A DNA stretch of 60,998 nucleotides, the filler included. It is 6 parts of 6 records of this genome, joined end to end, with 100 filler letters (N's around TTAATTAATTAA, not from the genome) between each part and the next. Parts side by side here need not be neighbours in the genome. Positions count along the whole stretch, not along the records: positions 52,581 to 60,998 come from SRR31147125_13771; 5 more parts are not named here. The stretch is one strand, 5' to 3'. Made by a program: the position numbers and the translations under genes. The notes beneath the pieces were generated by a model that saw only the letters and a list, made by a program, of their open reading frames with translations, had not been told where the DNA came from and did not search any database. Of the stretch, positions 60,013 to 60,998 are shown piece after piece. Positions within the stretch are counted from its first letter, which is position 1. Each line of letters starts with the position of its first letter.

Positions 60013-60998
60013 ATGAGCCACCTCCCCTTCGGCATATTTAAAAATCTCAGGATCCGCTGGAAGATGATGATCGTCATCCTGCCACTGGTGATTGTGCCGA
60101 TCTTCTTCCTCGGAGGAACGATCGGTTACGTTGCGACGGATCAGGCCTACGAGGGGCTGACCACGAACAGTAAAGCTGATCTCGACCATATGGCCAGCTT
60201 CACCATCGATATCCTTGACGGTCACCATCGTCAGTTCGAAGTCTACCGGGAGGACAAAAAGCAGGTCGTCAAAGGTGAAATGAAAACCCTGGTCGACCTG
60301 GCCTACACTCTCATTACCGAGCAACTGCGACTGCTCAAAGCCGACAAGACCGACATCCTGTCTGCCCAGCAAGCGGTTCGCAGCAGCTTCAAAGATGTCA
60401 GTATCGGCCGCAGCGGTTACCTTTATGCCATCACCGCAGATGGTATTCTGACGGCTCATCCGGCCCGAGAGGGGGAAAACATCCTCAATATTCAGGATGA
60501 AGAGGGTCGCTTCTTTATCCGTGAAATGCTTGAGCGGCCCCTGCGCTCAAAACCGGCAGAGGTTCTTTATACCGTCTATCCCTGGACCAACGAGCTGCCC
60601 GGAGAAATCAAACCTCGACGCAAAATTGTCGCCTTCCGTTACTGCCCGAAATGGGACTGGGTCGTTGCCGCTGGCGGTTACCTCGATGAAACCTACGAGG
60701 ATCCGGTCTTCGAGCAGAAAGCGATGCAGGCTCTTCACGACAAGATAAAAAATAAAAAAGTCGGCAAGACCGGCTACATCTACTGCATGGACAGCGAAGG
60801 CAACCTGATGATTCATCCCGATGCCGAAGGGGAGAACATCAGCAGCGCGACCGATTCAGACGGCCGCCAGTTTGTTGCCGAAATGCTTGAAAACAAGGAT
60901 GGCTGGATCCGCTATCCCTGGCTCAACGTCGGTGACACCAAAGCGCGGATGAAGATCGTCCGCTACCGCTATTTTGAGCCCTGGGACTGGATCATCGC
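60013..60998 (+). CDS. Membrane sensor protein with tandem Cache domains, 3'-truncated
   Basis: Manual translation: LRIRWKMMIVILPLVIVPIFF TM, then two GY(L/I)Y...HP..EGENI...D..GR.F..EM...YPW Cache units; alternative start 59998. Confidence 0.85.
   Translation, partial: MSHLPFGIFKNLRIRWKMMIVILPLVIVPIFFLGGTIGYVATDQAYEGLTTNSKADLDHMASFTIDILDGHHRQFEVYREDKKQVVKGEMKTLVDLAYTLITEQLRLLKADKTDILSAQQAVRSSFKDVSIGRSGYLYAITADGILTAHPAREGENILNIQDEEGRFFIREMLERPLRSKPAEVLYTVYPWTNELPGEIKPRRKIVAFRYCPKWDWVVAAGGYLDETYEDPVFEQKAMQALHDKIKNKKVGKTGYIYCMDSEGNLMIHPDAEGENISSATDSDGRQFVAEMLENKDGWIRYPWLNVGDTKARMKIVRYRYFEPWDWII

Overview
This is not one continuous locus. It is six unrelated contigs joined by artificial 100-nt spacers (N44-TTAATTAATTAA-N44). 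Taxonomic labels below are inferred from gene content and composition only. (1) 1-10450, AT-rich and Acholeplasmatales-like: ruvAB-queA, an EIIB-like protein plus HPr, trmB, M42 peptidase, aldo/keto reductase, panT-coaX with a candidate pan RNA hairpin, and an EAL protein. (2) 10551-22092, FCB/Marinimicrobia-like: glpK, a lipase flanked by inverted repeats, and a dockerin-bearing S8 protease next to multi-cohesin proteins. (3) 22193-33327, Bacteroidota: a MocR-associated catabolic operon with 2 LRR lipoproteins, dcuC, a variant iadA, 2 porins, an M14 peptidase, a serine hydrolase and malic enzyme. (4) 33428-43373, Bacteroidota: esterase, LuxR regulator and a TonB receptor/DUF4386 operon. (5) 43474-52480: early region of a Mu-like transposable prophage. 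(6) 52581-60998, Desulfuromonadales-like: rbgA, an RRM protein, msrA/msrB, a two-component system, an outer-membrane barrel, a flavoprotein disulfide reductase and a Cache sensor. The strongest finding is a gene missing from the ORF track at 54834-55139 (-). It encodes a 101-aa secreted mini-MsrA-like protein with an in-frame UGA followed by a SECIS-like hairpin, i.e. a candidate selenoprotein heading an exported msrB-msrA operon. Other candidates are a cohesin-dockerin protease complex and a SusC/D-independent polymer-utilisation locus. Several frameshifts fall in homopolymer runs and are probably sequencing errors.
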